64,000 nucleotides of DNA from NCBI RefSeq assembly GCF_001194135.2, contig NC_069000.1, forward strand, positions 33,587,002-33,651,001, written 5' to 3'. How positions within the stretch are numbered: the stretch's first letter is position 1; every line of letters starts with the position of its first letter. The stretch is from Octopus bimaculoides (lineage: Eukaryota). This document shows, piece by piece, positions 38,448 to 51,024 of this stretch. A program made the position numbers and the translations under genes. The notes below the pieces were generated by a model. That model ran no database searches, was not told where the DNA came from, and saw only the letters and a list, made by a program, of their open reading frames with translations.

Positions 38448-38849
38448 TATTAGTGACAGAGGCAGTATTAATACCGAGAGGTAATAATTATCCCCATTTA
38501 AACGTGGGTATTCTAGTAGAACAAAATTTACTTCGGTAGATATTATGAGAGAAACTCTCATATAGGCTTTTGGGGCAAACTGCACTCTTGTTTATATTGT
38601 TGGCGGGGATTTATCTCCCCGCCATATCCGGCGCCGAGACTATCAGATCGTGCGATTTCGACCTTCGTTGGTCTCGTCAGTGATGACGCTCGACTACTAG
38701 AGATAACAGCGACTCATCTCTCAGGCAGCGATATATAGAAGATGAGTGACAGGACAGACACCAATGTCGTGATTAGCCGGTGAGTTTGTTAAAAAATACG
38801 TATTAGCAACAGAGACAGTATTAATACCGAGAGGTAATATTTATCCCCA
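38448..38849 (-). mobile_element. Terminally redundant ORF-less element (353-nt period) carrying a hammerhead
   Basis: 49-bp direct repeats 38448-38496 and 38801-38849 (45/49 identical); CTGATTAT on both flanks (38429, 38850). Confidence 0.7.
38642..38684 (-). ncRNA. Type I hammerhead ribozyme with canonical core
   Basis: ATCA-CTGACGA-GACC-AACGAA-GGTC-GAAA-TCGCACGA-TC-TGAT. Confidence 0.88.
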
Positions 38850-38869
38850 CTGATTATCCCTAGCAAACA

Positions 38870-39615
38870 GGCAAGTTTAAGGTCTGGATTTACCAGTATG
38901 GCATCCTTCCACGATTCTTTGGCTACTCTTGATATATGAGGTCCCAATATTCACAGTAGAGGGTTTTGAAAAGAGTTAAGAAGCTCCTGCAAAATTGGCT
39001 AGTATTTTGTTCGTGTCTGAAAAACATTGTTTTATATGAACGAAATATGTTGAAGCTCTTCATCAGCTGCCTGAAAGAAAAATTAACGGTGACCTGTGCT
39101 GAGGAAGTGTTACAATATCATGGCTCATGCAACCCTAAAATCTCTTAAGCTGGTAATGCAGTTAGCACAGATTGAAAGTGGAGAGTAGTGGAGGCTGTCG
39201 AGGTTGCAAAGACAAAGCTAAGATACAGTGCTTGTATCTCAGGGCTAGCTTGGGTAGTACCAAATCTTGCTTTGATACAGTGCAAGATAAGGACAGGAGG
39301 CTACTGATCTGGAATGAGGTGGGAGAATTAGTTGAATAGAAATGAGCCGACAAGTGTGTTGGGATACACCAGTAAGGAGCCTGGATAAAAAGTGAGCAAG
39401 TAGTAGCATGTAAAGTCTAATGGCTTGACCCTTGGAGAGTGGAGCCCCACCAAATAAAATTTCTAATTCAAGCAGCTTATGAAGTTCTACCACATCAATC
39501 CAACTGTTTTTGCCGAAGAAAGTCAGAGTTACAAGCTTGTCTCTGTACTGAGAACATGGATCCTGTAGCACACCTTTAAAGCTCTGAGAGAAGAGTACTG
39601 CTACTTGAAAGTATG
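38870..39615 (+). mobile_element. Decayed HERO-clade non-LTR retrotransposon fragment
   Basis: GKFKVWIYQYGILPR..LLIYEVPIFTVEGFEK; EEVLQYHGSCNPKIS; EPHQIKFLIQAAYEVLP. Confidence 0.8.
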
Positions 39616-39869
39616 ACCAGTTCCTGAAGGTCATAGCAAATAGTTGTGACATTGGCAGAATCATTAGCATGCTGGGTGAAATGCTTAGTAGTATTTTGTC
39701 TGTCTTTACATTCTGAGTTCAAATTCCGCCAAAGTCAATATTGTCTTTTATCCTTTCGGGGTTGATAAATTAAGTACCAGTTGCATACTGGGGATCGATC
39801 TAATCGACTGGCCACCCCCTCCCAAAATTTCAGGCCTTGCGCCTATAGTAGAAAGGATGTATCATTTAC

Positions 39870-40660
39870 ATCCAGGGCTGATGTCTCCTAACTCACAATT
39901 CCCTCATGGCAGCCTCTCCTTCATAGTCAACTTGATAATGGCTTTCTGTTTACTGGCACCTGTGATACCCAACATGTTGTAAGCTCTCCATAGAGACTAG
40001 CCTGCAAATCCCCCACATCCCAACTCAATACAATTGCACTATGCTTGCCATGCATTACTTTCGTATAGCTCTGCTAACACAGCATATTGCTTTCTTCTCT
40101 CGTTTACCTCTTCAATGCAGTCCTTCCAGGGAACGGAGACTTGTAACAGAACCACCCGTTTGGATTCTTCTGAAATCAGTACCATGTCTAGCTTTAGTGA
40201 TGTTGAGGTAGCAATTTATGGGAGCTTTCAACTTTCTATCATTTACTGTTACAAGTAAGGGGTGAATCTGGCTGCTGGCATCTTCTTCACACCAGCCTTG
40301 ACTAAAACAGTGATCTTTTTTGTAAGGTGGAGGCTCTTGCAATGGCTAACCCTATTGTCTCGAGGGAGTGCTACTAAATGTGATGCTAATTGGACTGTTG
40401 TGTTGATGCCCCCAAGCAAAGAAGTAGGATCACCCAAGACATATAAATGAAGGTAGTCTGGCCGTGGTAGGGGTTGACTGACTGTTGAGTAGCAGTCGTG
40501 TAGCGGTTGAGTAGAGATCATCCAAAGGTGCTAGATAGCAGTAGCTTGAGACATAACATGGACAAATGCTAGAGCTTGATCCTGCTCTAGCCGGGTCTCC
40601 TGAGTGAAGGTATCTGATGTTGAAAGACGCCGAGAAACATTACAGTTAATGTGTCCACAA
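39870..40660 (-). mobile_element. RTE-clade LINE 5' UTR and decayed APE N-terminus
   Basis: GC-richer UTR with GCAAGAGCCTCCACCTTAC motif typical of RTE 5' ends, followed by eroded endonuclease-like codons. Confidence 0.55.
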
Positions 40661-41978
40661 CAAACAAATAAATAAATAAAGCATTTTGTTAAATGCACTA
40701 CCATTTCCAGTACACCATCATCCTATAAACAAAGTACCCAAATATAGTCACTACTTCAACCTCCAACTCTCTACCCCCATCTCCCATCAAAATCATATTT
40801 TAAAAAAGAAAATAAGACAACACTTTGTAAAACACATTCAAGATTCTTTACTTGACAGATTTACCAGGATGATACAAAAATGTGAATATATTGATGTATT
40901 TGTTTGTATTTTATTTCATAGGTTGTTAATTATTTAATTGTATGTGATTTTAGAACTCAGTAATAACTACAGCAATATTTATCTATAGATTGTAAATTAG
41001 TTTTAGCTGAAAGTATTTAAATTTGTAATTTGTTAATTTATGACTATTTAAATATTAATTAATTGCTTTATAATAGCAATAAATTAATACTTAATTAAAC
41101 AATAATCATTAACAATTATTTAGCTGGTAATTAATTAAATTAACACATTATATATTAATTAGTAATTAATTACTTATTGATTTATCATTTTTAGGCTATG
41201 ATTAATTAATTAGTTAATCCTTAACTGAGGAAATATATTTGCTCATTTTTTGCTATTTTAAAAATTTTGTAGCAAATACCATTTAATTAATTAATTACAT
41301 ATCAATTTTTGATTAGTAAATTTATCATTAAGATGGATTAACGAAAAGTTATTTTTTTAATATTATTCCTATGATTAATTAATGTCATATTAATGATATC
41401 TAACATAGGCAGGCACAAGAACATAAATTTTATGGGAAGATGATTTCAGTTCAGTAACTATCTCATCGACCCTCTTTCCTTGCTCTTTCACTCACAAGGG
41501 TGAAAGACAAAGTCAAGGCAAGCTTGGTAGATTTTGAACTATAAAACATTAAGGGATGTTATTAATTAGAGAAATGCATCTTGCCAGCACTCAACTGATT
41601 CTAGCATCTACCAGCCTTCAATACTTAATAACTAGTATTGCATAATTAACTTTGTATTGAATTTTTAATCAAGCCTTCTTATTATCTTCCAAAATTTTTC
41701 ATCCACTTGTTAACTGATAATTATTTATTCACATAATTATTGTAATTAATTTCTTAACATCCCTATATATATATATATTTGTATACATATGTATATATAT
41801 ATATGTATATGAACTTTTAATTTGACTTCATGTAATTTACTTTTTAATTTTTGTCCTTGTAGCCATTTTCTTTTTTTATATTTTTTTGTTCTGTGATTAT
41901 TTTATGCTGGTGGCCATTTCTTCTTGTGGTTATTCCTTGCTGTGGCCATTTCTTGTAGTGGTCAAGGCAGCAAGCACT

Positions 41979-42206
41979 TCATCCGCAGGGTGATTTCATA
42001 GCAACCATGTTTTCAGCAAAGGTCAATGGAAATTGAACCACTTTCAGCAATGCATCACACACACCTTTTATAGGTTCCAAGCAGACTCCGAATGGTAAGA
42101 GAAAGATGTACAGAAATGCAATCATAAATCCCAATGGCCAACCAACAAATATGAGCAGAAGAAACCAGACAATAGCCCAAAGAAGTCCAGGACAAATTTC
42201 TGCCAT
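41979..42206 (-). CDS. Uncharacterised 75-aa hydrophobic membrane protein (two TM/hairpin segments plus amphipathic helix)
   Basis: Intact ATG-to-TGA ORF in non-repetitive sequence with good Kozak context (AAACATGG); strong splice acceptor (T-rich tract plus TAG; AG at 42311-42310) 103 nt upstream implies an untranslated upstream exon. Confidence 0.85.
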   Translation of the reverse strand: MAEICPGLLWAIVWFLLLIFVGWPLGFMIAFLYIFLLPFGVCLEPIKGVCDALLKVVQFPLTFAENMVAMKSPCG

Positions 42207-42853
42207 GTTTTATAATGCCCGAATCTCTCCAAAGGTAAATTCAAAGTTTATTTTTCTTTCTCTTTTAACAGATTCCGATCTGAATTGAAGCAGGTGCAAA
42301 ATAGACAATCTACAAAAAGAAAAGAAAAAAAAACAATTATCATTATCATCAGTAACAGTAGTTGTAATAGTAGTAGACATAGTAGTACAGCAGTAGGAGT
42401 AACATCATCATTATTATCGTTAGGATAGTAGACTGGTGATAATTGTTAGAGTGTTGGACAAATGTCTTGCAATTTTATTCCAGCTCCTTTTACATTCTGA
42501 GTTCAAATCTCAACCTCTCAACCAAGAAAGCCAAGATGTCTGTGAAGAAGGCAAAGTCTAAAAAAGGCCCCAAGTAACAATGGTATCTTGTACCAGAGTT
42601 ACAAACACTACCTTGACTTCCTCACACTATTGGCAAATCTATTGCAGTGAGCACAGGAAAAAGGAATTACAATACAAGACTAGTGCTTTCTAGAAGACCT
42701 GAAGGTACCAAATGAAGTGAGGACATCATCAATTAACTGGCTCCACCCAATGTAATGATAAAGGAGATGGAAGAAGGTGTGGAAACGGTTTTCATGTGAT
42801 TTGTGGAAATGCGTATAGTGGTGCATTAAAATATTTATAAATTCCATCCCTAG

Positions 42854-42891
<38 letters not shown>

Positions 42892-43854
42892 ATTCATACT
42901 ACATTGTATCAGCACAACTCGGTACAACCCCATAAAACTGCTATTGCAAGTTGGTATCATTAAACTGTAGCTGACATAACAAAATAGGAGCTTTTATATG
43001 CCTCCCACTCAAAAACGTTTCCTTTAAACAAACTTAAAGGATGTGTGTGTGTGTGTGTGTGCGTGTGTGTGTGCGTGTGTGTGTGTCTGTGCTTGTTTGT
43101 CCCCCACCACCACTTTGTTTACATCCCCTGAGCTTAGTAGTTTAGCAAAAGAATCTGACAGAATAAGTATCAGGCTTTAGAAAACAAAAGTAAAGGGGTC
43201 GATTCATTTGACTAAAAGTTCTTCAAGATGGCCACAGTCTAATGACTGATACAAGTAAAAGATAAAAAGTATTCATATATGCATGCACACACAAGTTAGA
43301 AAGTTACCTAATGCTACAGGTACAGTGGCCATCTTTATTGCATATATTAGCAGAAAGACCACCCTCTGGGCAGTTTTCTGTTAGCCACTTGATATATTTT
43401 CACATTTGATTCCTAATTCTAATAATTGTTATGATATTGTACATCATATTATTTCTTTGTTTAATATTGCTTTCATCATTTTATCATAGTCATAATTTCT
43501 CTTTTTTAAACAAACATCAAGGTAGCCCAACTACGTTTAGTGCACAAAAAAATAGAAGCAATCACATCGAGATATTCTAATACCTATAGTGTATCAAATA
43601 GCCATAGCAACAAATTCACTTGATAATTCTTAGATAATGGTGGAAAGGAAATAAGTCACATAAATTTGAGCATCACCTTTAGTCAAGCAAATCAACCCCA
43701 GGACTTATTCTTTGTAAGCCTAGTATTTATTCTATAAGTCTCTTTTGCCAAACCGCAAAGTTACTGAGATGTAAACACACCAGCATCAGTTGTCAAGCGA
43801 TAGCAGGGGGACAAACACAGACACAAAAATACATATATATATATATATATATAT

Positions 43855-43917
<63 letters not shown>

Positions 43918-43929
43918 TGTAGTCAGAGT

Positions 43930-45375
43930 ATGCGACAGAATACTTGAGATTAGATTAGTGCTTCATCATGGGTTAGCAACCATTATCTCGGCCTATGCCC
44001 CTCAGCCGGGGCTACCTGATGGACAGAAAGACCGATTTTATGACACCCTCATGCAGACTACCTCGTTGATGAATGACAGGGACCTTCTCTTTGTGGCTGG
44101 TGAATTCAATGGACATGTTGAACAACATGCAGGGGGCTTCCATGGTGTATATGGAGGCTATGGTTTTGGTTCCCGCAATGAGGAGGGAACCAGGCTGCTG
44201 GAGTTCTGCAATGCAAATGATCTTATGGTTTGCAATACTAACTTCAGTAAACCTGCCAGTCACTTAGTCACCTACCGTTCTGGCAGACACACTAGCCAAA
44301 TTGACTACACCCTCACCAGAAAAAGAGAAAGATGGCTGTTTATAAATTCCAAAACCTTCCCAGGTGAAGAATGTAGCTGATAGCTTCCATTACCTAGGTG
44401 ACCAAGTCAGTAGCAGGGGTGGGTGCTCTGAAAGTGTAGCTGCTAGAATAAGAATAGCCTAGGCAAAGTTCAGAGAGCTCTTACCTCTGCTGATGACAAA
44501 AGGGCCTCTCGCTCAGGGTAAAAGTTAGACTGTATGACGCTTGTGTATGAACAGCCATGCTACATGGCAGTGAAATATGGGCAGTGACTGCTGAGGACAT
44601 GCATAAGCTTGCAAAGGATGAAGCCAGTATGCTCCACTGGATGTGTAATGTCAGTGTGCATACTAGACAGAGTGTAAGTACCTTGAGAGAAAAGTTAGAC
44701 CTAAGAAGCATCAGATGTGGTGTGCAAGAGAGATGACAGCACAGGTATGGTCATGTTGTGAGAATGGATGAGGATAGCTGTGTGAAAAAGTGCCACACCC
44801 TAGCGGTTGAGGGAACCTGTAGAAGAAGTAGACCCAGGAAGACCTGGGATGAAGTAGTGAAGCACGACCTTCGAACTTTAGGCCTCACCTGAAATCGAAA
44901 TCGAAATCAAATTCAATGACAGCACCACATGACTGGCATCCATGCTAGTGGAGCGCTATGAGCACCATCCGAGGGTGGCCATTGCCAGGGCTGCTGACTG
45001 GCTCCCGTGCTGGTGGCACATAAAAAGCACCATTCAAGCGTGATCATTACCTTACTGGCACATGTAAAACAATATTCGAGCGATGTCGTTGCCACTGCCG
45101 CGGGACTGGCTACTGTGCAGGTGGCATGTAAAAAAACCATTTGAGCATGGCCATTGCCAGTACCGCCTGACTGGCCCTCATACCAGTGGCACATAAAAGC
45201 ACCCATTACACTCTCGGAGTGGTTCATGTTAGGAAGGGTATCCAGCTGTAGAAACTCTGCCAGATCAGATTGGAGCCTGGTGCAGCCATCTGGCTCGCCA
45301 GTCCTCAGTCAAATTGTCTAACCCATGCCAGCATGGAAAGCGGAGGTTAAACGATGATGATGATGATGATGATAT
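43930..45375 (+). mobile_element. RTE-clade LINE with internal deletion of the RT core, ending in (GAT)n
   Basis: APE motifs (TIISAYAPQ, AGEFNGHV, SQIDYTL, FPGEEC) fused at ~44375 to ADSFHYLGDQV..., followed by C-terminus and 3' tail. Confidence 0.88.
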
Positions 45376-45859
45376 ATATACAATGAGCTTCTTTCAGTTT
45401 CCGTCTACCGAATCCACTTGCAAGGCTTTGGTCAGCTTGAGGCTATAGCAGAAGACACTTGCCCAAGGTTCCACACAGTGGGACCAAACACAGAACCATG
45501 AACTTGGGATGCAAGCTTCTTACCCACAGCCACTCCTGTGCCTATATAAATTTAGTTTTGTTTATTCACTGATTTACATTTCAAAGTCTATTATCATTAT
45601 TTATACTATTCTGAATACAGCTAATAAACAGTATATATAATATTACATTTAAACAATTTTTTTTTTTAAAGTTAATACATAAACAGGAGACAGATGCTAA
45701 AAAAATTTTTTAAACTGCACTTATTCACCTAACACCCCCCACCCCTACAACCTCCTTTCTCTTCAGTACCTATATAAAATTTTCTTTTCCTTTCACCAAC
45801 CAAGGAGGCAGCATGATCCACTTTGAAAAGCACTGCTTTAGATGATACCAAGAGGTGGT

Positions 45860-47060
45860 ATTGAGACTGAAGTCATGTTGAGAAAAGTACTGACTGCCCT
45901 TGGAACATAGCCTTTTACTAAGGCTTACATGACCACTCCAAATGCATGAAGTATCATTCACAAGAGTGGATAGAATAGAAAAATGTGCTAGTAAGGTTCT
46001 ACAAAAGTGGTTTGGTCTTCCATTCTTTTATAAGAATTGGATTAAAGGTAGATGCATTTTGCTACTGCAAAACTACATGTCTTTAACATCACCAGTGAAG
46101 GAGTTTGAATTAGCAAAAGCCTGCTAGCACATGATGCTATGGGGTTCAGTGAATATCAGTGTTCAAGAAGTCCAGCCAATAGTGCTGACAGGAATAAAAT
46201 GGAGCATGAGGAAAACTGTTGAGGTCAAAACCAGCTTAAAGATCAAAGAGGGTGTGCGTTCAGAATTCACAAGCAACCCTGAGAAAGATATGGAACAAAT
46301 GAATATGTCACCAGAGTAACAAAGGCAGGCAAGATATTAAAGATAAGTGTGTATGATTAAAACTGCATGGTTAGAAAGTACATGTACATAGGGAACATCT
46401 GAGTAATGGAACTTGTCATGTGGTATGTTGCAGAAAATGGAGCTAGTTAAGATTAATTTCTCCTGAGAGAGGTTGAACTGAGACTTGATCGTCATTAGTG
46501 CAGAGCCTAAGCACCACTGGCAAATGTTCCAGAAGCATGCATGTTATCCCACTACACAGTATATCTGGCAGAATAACAATGCCTTGAGTATGCTTGTTGA
46601 TGCCTTAAAACAACAATGCAATGTGGATCAACATCAAGTTGCACCCTGTTGCCTTCCAGAGGAAGAGCAAAAGGGAATAATGCAAGGGTATAAACAAAGG
46701 AACATCATGAGTAAAATTTCTGATCAGCACTAATAACTAGAAGGTGCAGATGAATTTAAATAAAGTGTTTGTGTTCCCAAAATTTATTGCAATAATGAAG
46801 CAGCACCTTGACCTTATGGTGTTGTCTAACTTGACAAAAAAAGTACTATTGTTGAGCGGATAGTGACTTCAGAAAGCAATATGGGGTGGATACATGAGAG
46901 GAGGGTTTAAAATATGAAAGATTTAGGAAACTGTGTAAGGCACAATGGCAGGGCTTCGAGGACCCTACCTGGTTGGCATTGGTCTTAGGAAGGATAGCAG
47001 AGCAGTGATGCATGATCTGGAGGAAGAAATTGAAAATGCTTCATTGGGATATATCAGAAG
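45860..47060 (+). mobile_element. Decayed HERO-clade LINE (post-RT region to RLE domain)
   Basis: PLQMHEVSFTRVDRIEKCASKVLQKWFGLP; QYIWQNNNALSMLVDAL; eroded RPD/ELTVP/KY region. Confidence 0.65.
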
Positions 47061-47924
47061 CATACGAGAGAAAGAGGAAAGATGAGAAAGAAAAACAAAT
47101 CCTCAGTAAATAGTAAAACAAAATAGTTACCGTGGTTACAACTGCACCCAGGTTGGTGTGATTGTTACATAGATAAAAGAGGAAAAGAGCACTTTACATC
47201 ATCATCATCATCATCATAATCTTATGTCTACTTTCTATACTATCACAGGTTGGAGAGATTGTTAGAGTCCAAGTCAGTTCTTATTTGGAATTCCTGCTCT
47301 CAGACGGATTAGCAACAATCTAGTTTTGTTGCTCCTCATGATGCCAACCACTATACTGTGTGTACTGGGTGTACATTTTAATGCGGTACCATTACCAGAG
47401 AGGCTGCCTTGTTCTCAACAAAACTAAAGTGTACTCATTACTCTATATTCTCTCTTCTCATTCAATACAACATAACTGACAGAATGAATAGAAGAGACAG
47501 TTATGTTGTATTGAATGAGAAGAGACAATATAGAGTAGTGTGTACACTTTAGTCTTGTTGAGAACAAGGCAGCCTCTCTGGTAATGGTACCGCATTAAAA
47601 TGTACACCCAGTACACACAGTATAGTGGTTGGCATCATGAGGAGCAACAAAACTAGATTGTTGCTAATCCGTCTATGAGAGCAGGAATTCCAAATAAGAA
47701 CTGACTTGGACTCTAACAATCTCTCCAACCTGTGATAGTATAGAAAGTAGACATAAGATTATGATGATGATGATGATGATGTAATGTGCTTTTTTCCTCT
47801 TTTATCCATGTAGCAATCACACCAACCTGGGTGCAGTTGTAACCACGGTAACTATTTTGTTTTACTATTTGCTGAGGATTTGTTTTTCTCTCTCATCTTT
47901 CCTCTTTCTCTCATATGCCTCTGA
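47054..47924. repeat. 871-bp palindrome: 425/427-bp arms, 19-nt loop
   Basis: 47054-47478 is the reverse complement of 47498-47924, with roughly a dozen substitutions and one 2-bp indel counted by eye. Confidence 0.92.
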
Positions 47925-49248
47925 CATGTCCCTGATGAAGAATGATAGAACAAACAGTGTTAGGAATAGGAGGGTGGTAGAGAGTGATGGAGAAGGGAGT
48001 CTGATGGTAGCTACCTGTTGTTATTTGCTAGTAAAAGGATTAAATAAATAAATTTTAAAAAACTATTGAGTGGAGCGATTTGGAAGGAAAACTAAGAGGA
48101 GGAGACAAGGTGATGAAAAAAGGAATATTGGGATTGAGAGATTGATGAGAGAGAAAGAGGTGAGGAGACAAGATGATGTATGACAATAATGAGTGATAAG
48201 GAAGTGAGTAATATGAGAAAGTGATGGATTGCAATAATGATGGATGATGGTGTGAGAGAGGACACATGATGGACAGTGATAGACACAAGTAATGGGAAAA
48301 GAGAGGAATGGAGAATGCCAATAGTGAGTGATCAGGAGTGACAGAGTGATGGCTAACAGTACAGAAGGGAGATGGTAGAGGGTATTGAATAGGGACAGAT
48401 CCAATGGCATGTTACAATGAATAGGACAGAAAGGTGAGTGATAGAGGAGAGGGTAAAGAATACAGAGGGTCAGTAGATGAAGACTTAACAAGAATAAAAT
48501 GGTCAAGCAACTCAAACATAGATATAGTATAAGTGCCAGTTTCCAATATAACAATATTACAATGTGGATTAAAAGAACCAAGACATTCTCTGATAGTATT
48601 AATGCTGGTTGGAGGTAATTGTTGTAAAAGCTAAATATCCCTGAAATCATATATTACTATCTTTAGAAAAAGTAAAGGAAGGGCATATAAGACAATGTAA
48701 TTCTTTACTATTAGACTAGTCTCCAACTCTGATCAACAGACTTTCTGAATAGAGAGAGAGAGAGTGAGAGAGAAGAGAACAAGAAATTGGGAGATTATTC
48801 CTACTGTGAAAGAATTTTTGGTCTAAAAAAATAAGAATTTTTTTCTGGGACTTTTGCCTCACCATTTCCATGCACTTTTCCAGTAAATTTTTACTATTCT
48901 ATCTATCTCATATGAAGAATGTAATAGTAAAAATTTACCATACTTTGAGACACACTGTCTGAAAATATGACAGAATGGTCACAAATGTGATTAAACATGA
49001 ACAACAACAACAAAACATATATATGCACGCACATCTGTACATAATAAATTGAACTACCTTTTATATTGTGACTCAGAAAAAGCTAAGCTACAGATGGAAT
49101 CCTGATTTGTTTTGGCCATTTGTGGAAAATGTATTTGTTGTCAATAGCAACGAATCTTGCTATAGTTGTTTTGTTATGGTTGCCATGAAATTCAGTTTTC
49201 TTTGGTCTCTTTATCTGTTTTGACAAGCATCAACACAATAGTCATGTA

Positions 49249-49297
<49 letters not shown>

Positions 49298-50062
49298 NNN
49301 NNNNNNNNNNNNNNNNNNNNNNNNNNNNNNNNNNNNNNNNNNNNNNNNNNNNNNNNNNNNNNNNNNNNNNNNNNNNNNNNNNNNNNNNNNNNNNNNNNNN
49401 NNNNNNNNNNNNNNNNNNNNNNNNNNNNNNNNNNNNNNNNNNNNNNNNNNNNNNNNNNNNNNNNNNNNNNNNNNNNNNNNNNNNNNNNNNNNNNNNNNNN
49501 NNNNNNNNNNNNNNNNNNNNNNNNNNNNNNNNNNNNNNNNNNNNNNNNNNNNNNNNNNNNNNNNNNNNNNNNNNNNNNNNNNNNNNNNNNNNNNNNNNNN
49601 NNNNNNNNNNNNNNNNNNNNNNNNNNNNNNNNNNNNNNNNNNNNNNNNNNNNNNNNNNNNNNNNNNNNNNNNNNNNNNNNNNNNNNNNNNNNNNNNNNNN
49701 NNNNNNNNNNNNNNNNNNNNNNNNNNNNNNNNNNNNNNNNNNNNNNNNNNNNNNNNNNNNNNNNNNNNNNNNNNNNNNNNNNNNNNNNNNNNNNNNNNNN
49801 NNNNNNNNNNNNNNNNNNNNNNNNNNNNNNNNNNNNNNNNNNNNNNNNNNNNNNNNNNNNNNNNNNNNNNNNNNNNNNNNNNNNNNNNNNNNNNNNNNNN
49901 NNNNNNNNNNNNNNNNNNNNNNNNNNNNNNNNNNNNNNNNNNNNNNNNNNNNNNNNNNNNNNNNNNNNNNNNNNNNNNNNNNNNNNNNNNNNNNNNNNNN
50001 NNNNNNNNNNNNNNNNNNNNNNNNNNNNNNNNNNNNNNNNNNNNNNNNNNNNNNNNNNNNNN

Positions 50063-50460
50063 GAGGAAACCAGCATGAAAGACAAGCCACATAGTGGGGG
50101 ACCAGAAACTGTGATCCATGACACCAAGTGCTAGTAAGTGGACCAAATAATTTACACAGACAAACAAGCCACAATCTGAGCGCTTATTGCACAACTGGAT
50201 TTTGGATCACAATGGATTGCAGAAGATGGTGGAAGACTTAGAGAATCAGTAAGTGTTTGTAAAGTGTGGGGGGGGGACACCTTAGCAGTTAATACACAAT
50301 TTGAATAAGAGACGGTTAGAAGTCTGTTCTGGTCTGTTGGATGTTTTTGAAGCCAATGAAGACACATTTTCTTTCTGATCTGATGGGAGGGGATGAAACA
50401 TGAACATATGTTAATGATCCAGAAAGATGGGTTCAGGCCATGGAATGGTATCGCAGTTCT
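50063..50460 (+). mobile_element. Old mariner transposase remnant
   Basis: EETSMKDKPHSGGP HTH-linker and eroded FL..L.GGDET segment. Confidence 0.55.
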
Positions 50461-50600
50461 TCTTTAAGGTCTCAGATATTCAAGACCCAGCAGACATCAC
50501 AGAAACTCATTGTGAATGTTTCGTGGGTTAAGAGGCATCATTCTCCTTGATTTTTCTGGAATGTGGTATACCATAAAACCATATGCAGTATATTGAGACA

Positions 50601-50655
<55 letters not shown>

Positions 50656-50921
50656 CATAATATATACATACCTATGCATACGTATATCATCATCATGATC
50701 ATCATCATCATTTAACGTCCGCTTTCCATGCTACCATGGGTTGGACAACTTGACTGGGGACTGGCGAACCAGATGGCTACACCAGGCTCCAATCTGATCT
50801 GGCAATGTTTCTACAGCTGGATGCTCTTCCTAACGCCAACCACTCCGAATGTAGTGGGTGCTTTTTACATGCCACCGGCACGAGGGCCAGTCCAGCGGTA
50901 CTGGCTACAGCNNNNNNNNNN

Positions 50922-50956
<35 letters not shown>

Positions 50957-50993
50957 TATACATACCTCTGCATACATATATACAATCCTATAC

Positions 50994-51024
<31 letters not shown>

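Noticed and set aside
41979-41981. TGA after ...SPCG as possible selenocysteine
   Set aside because: No SECIS-like hairpin in the A-rich downstream sequence
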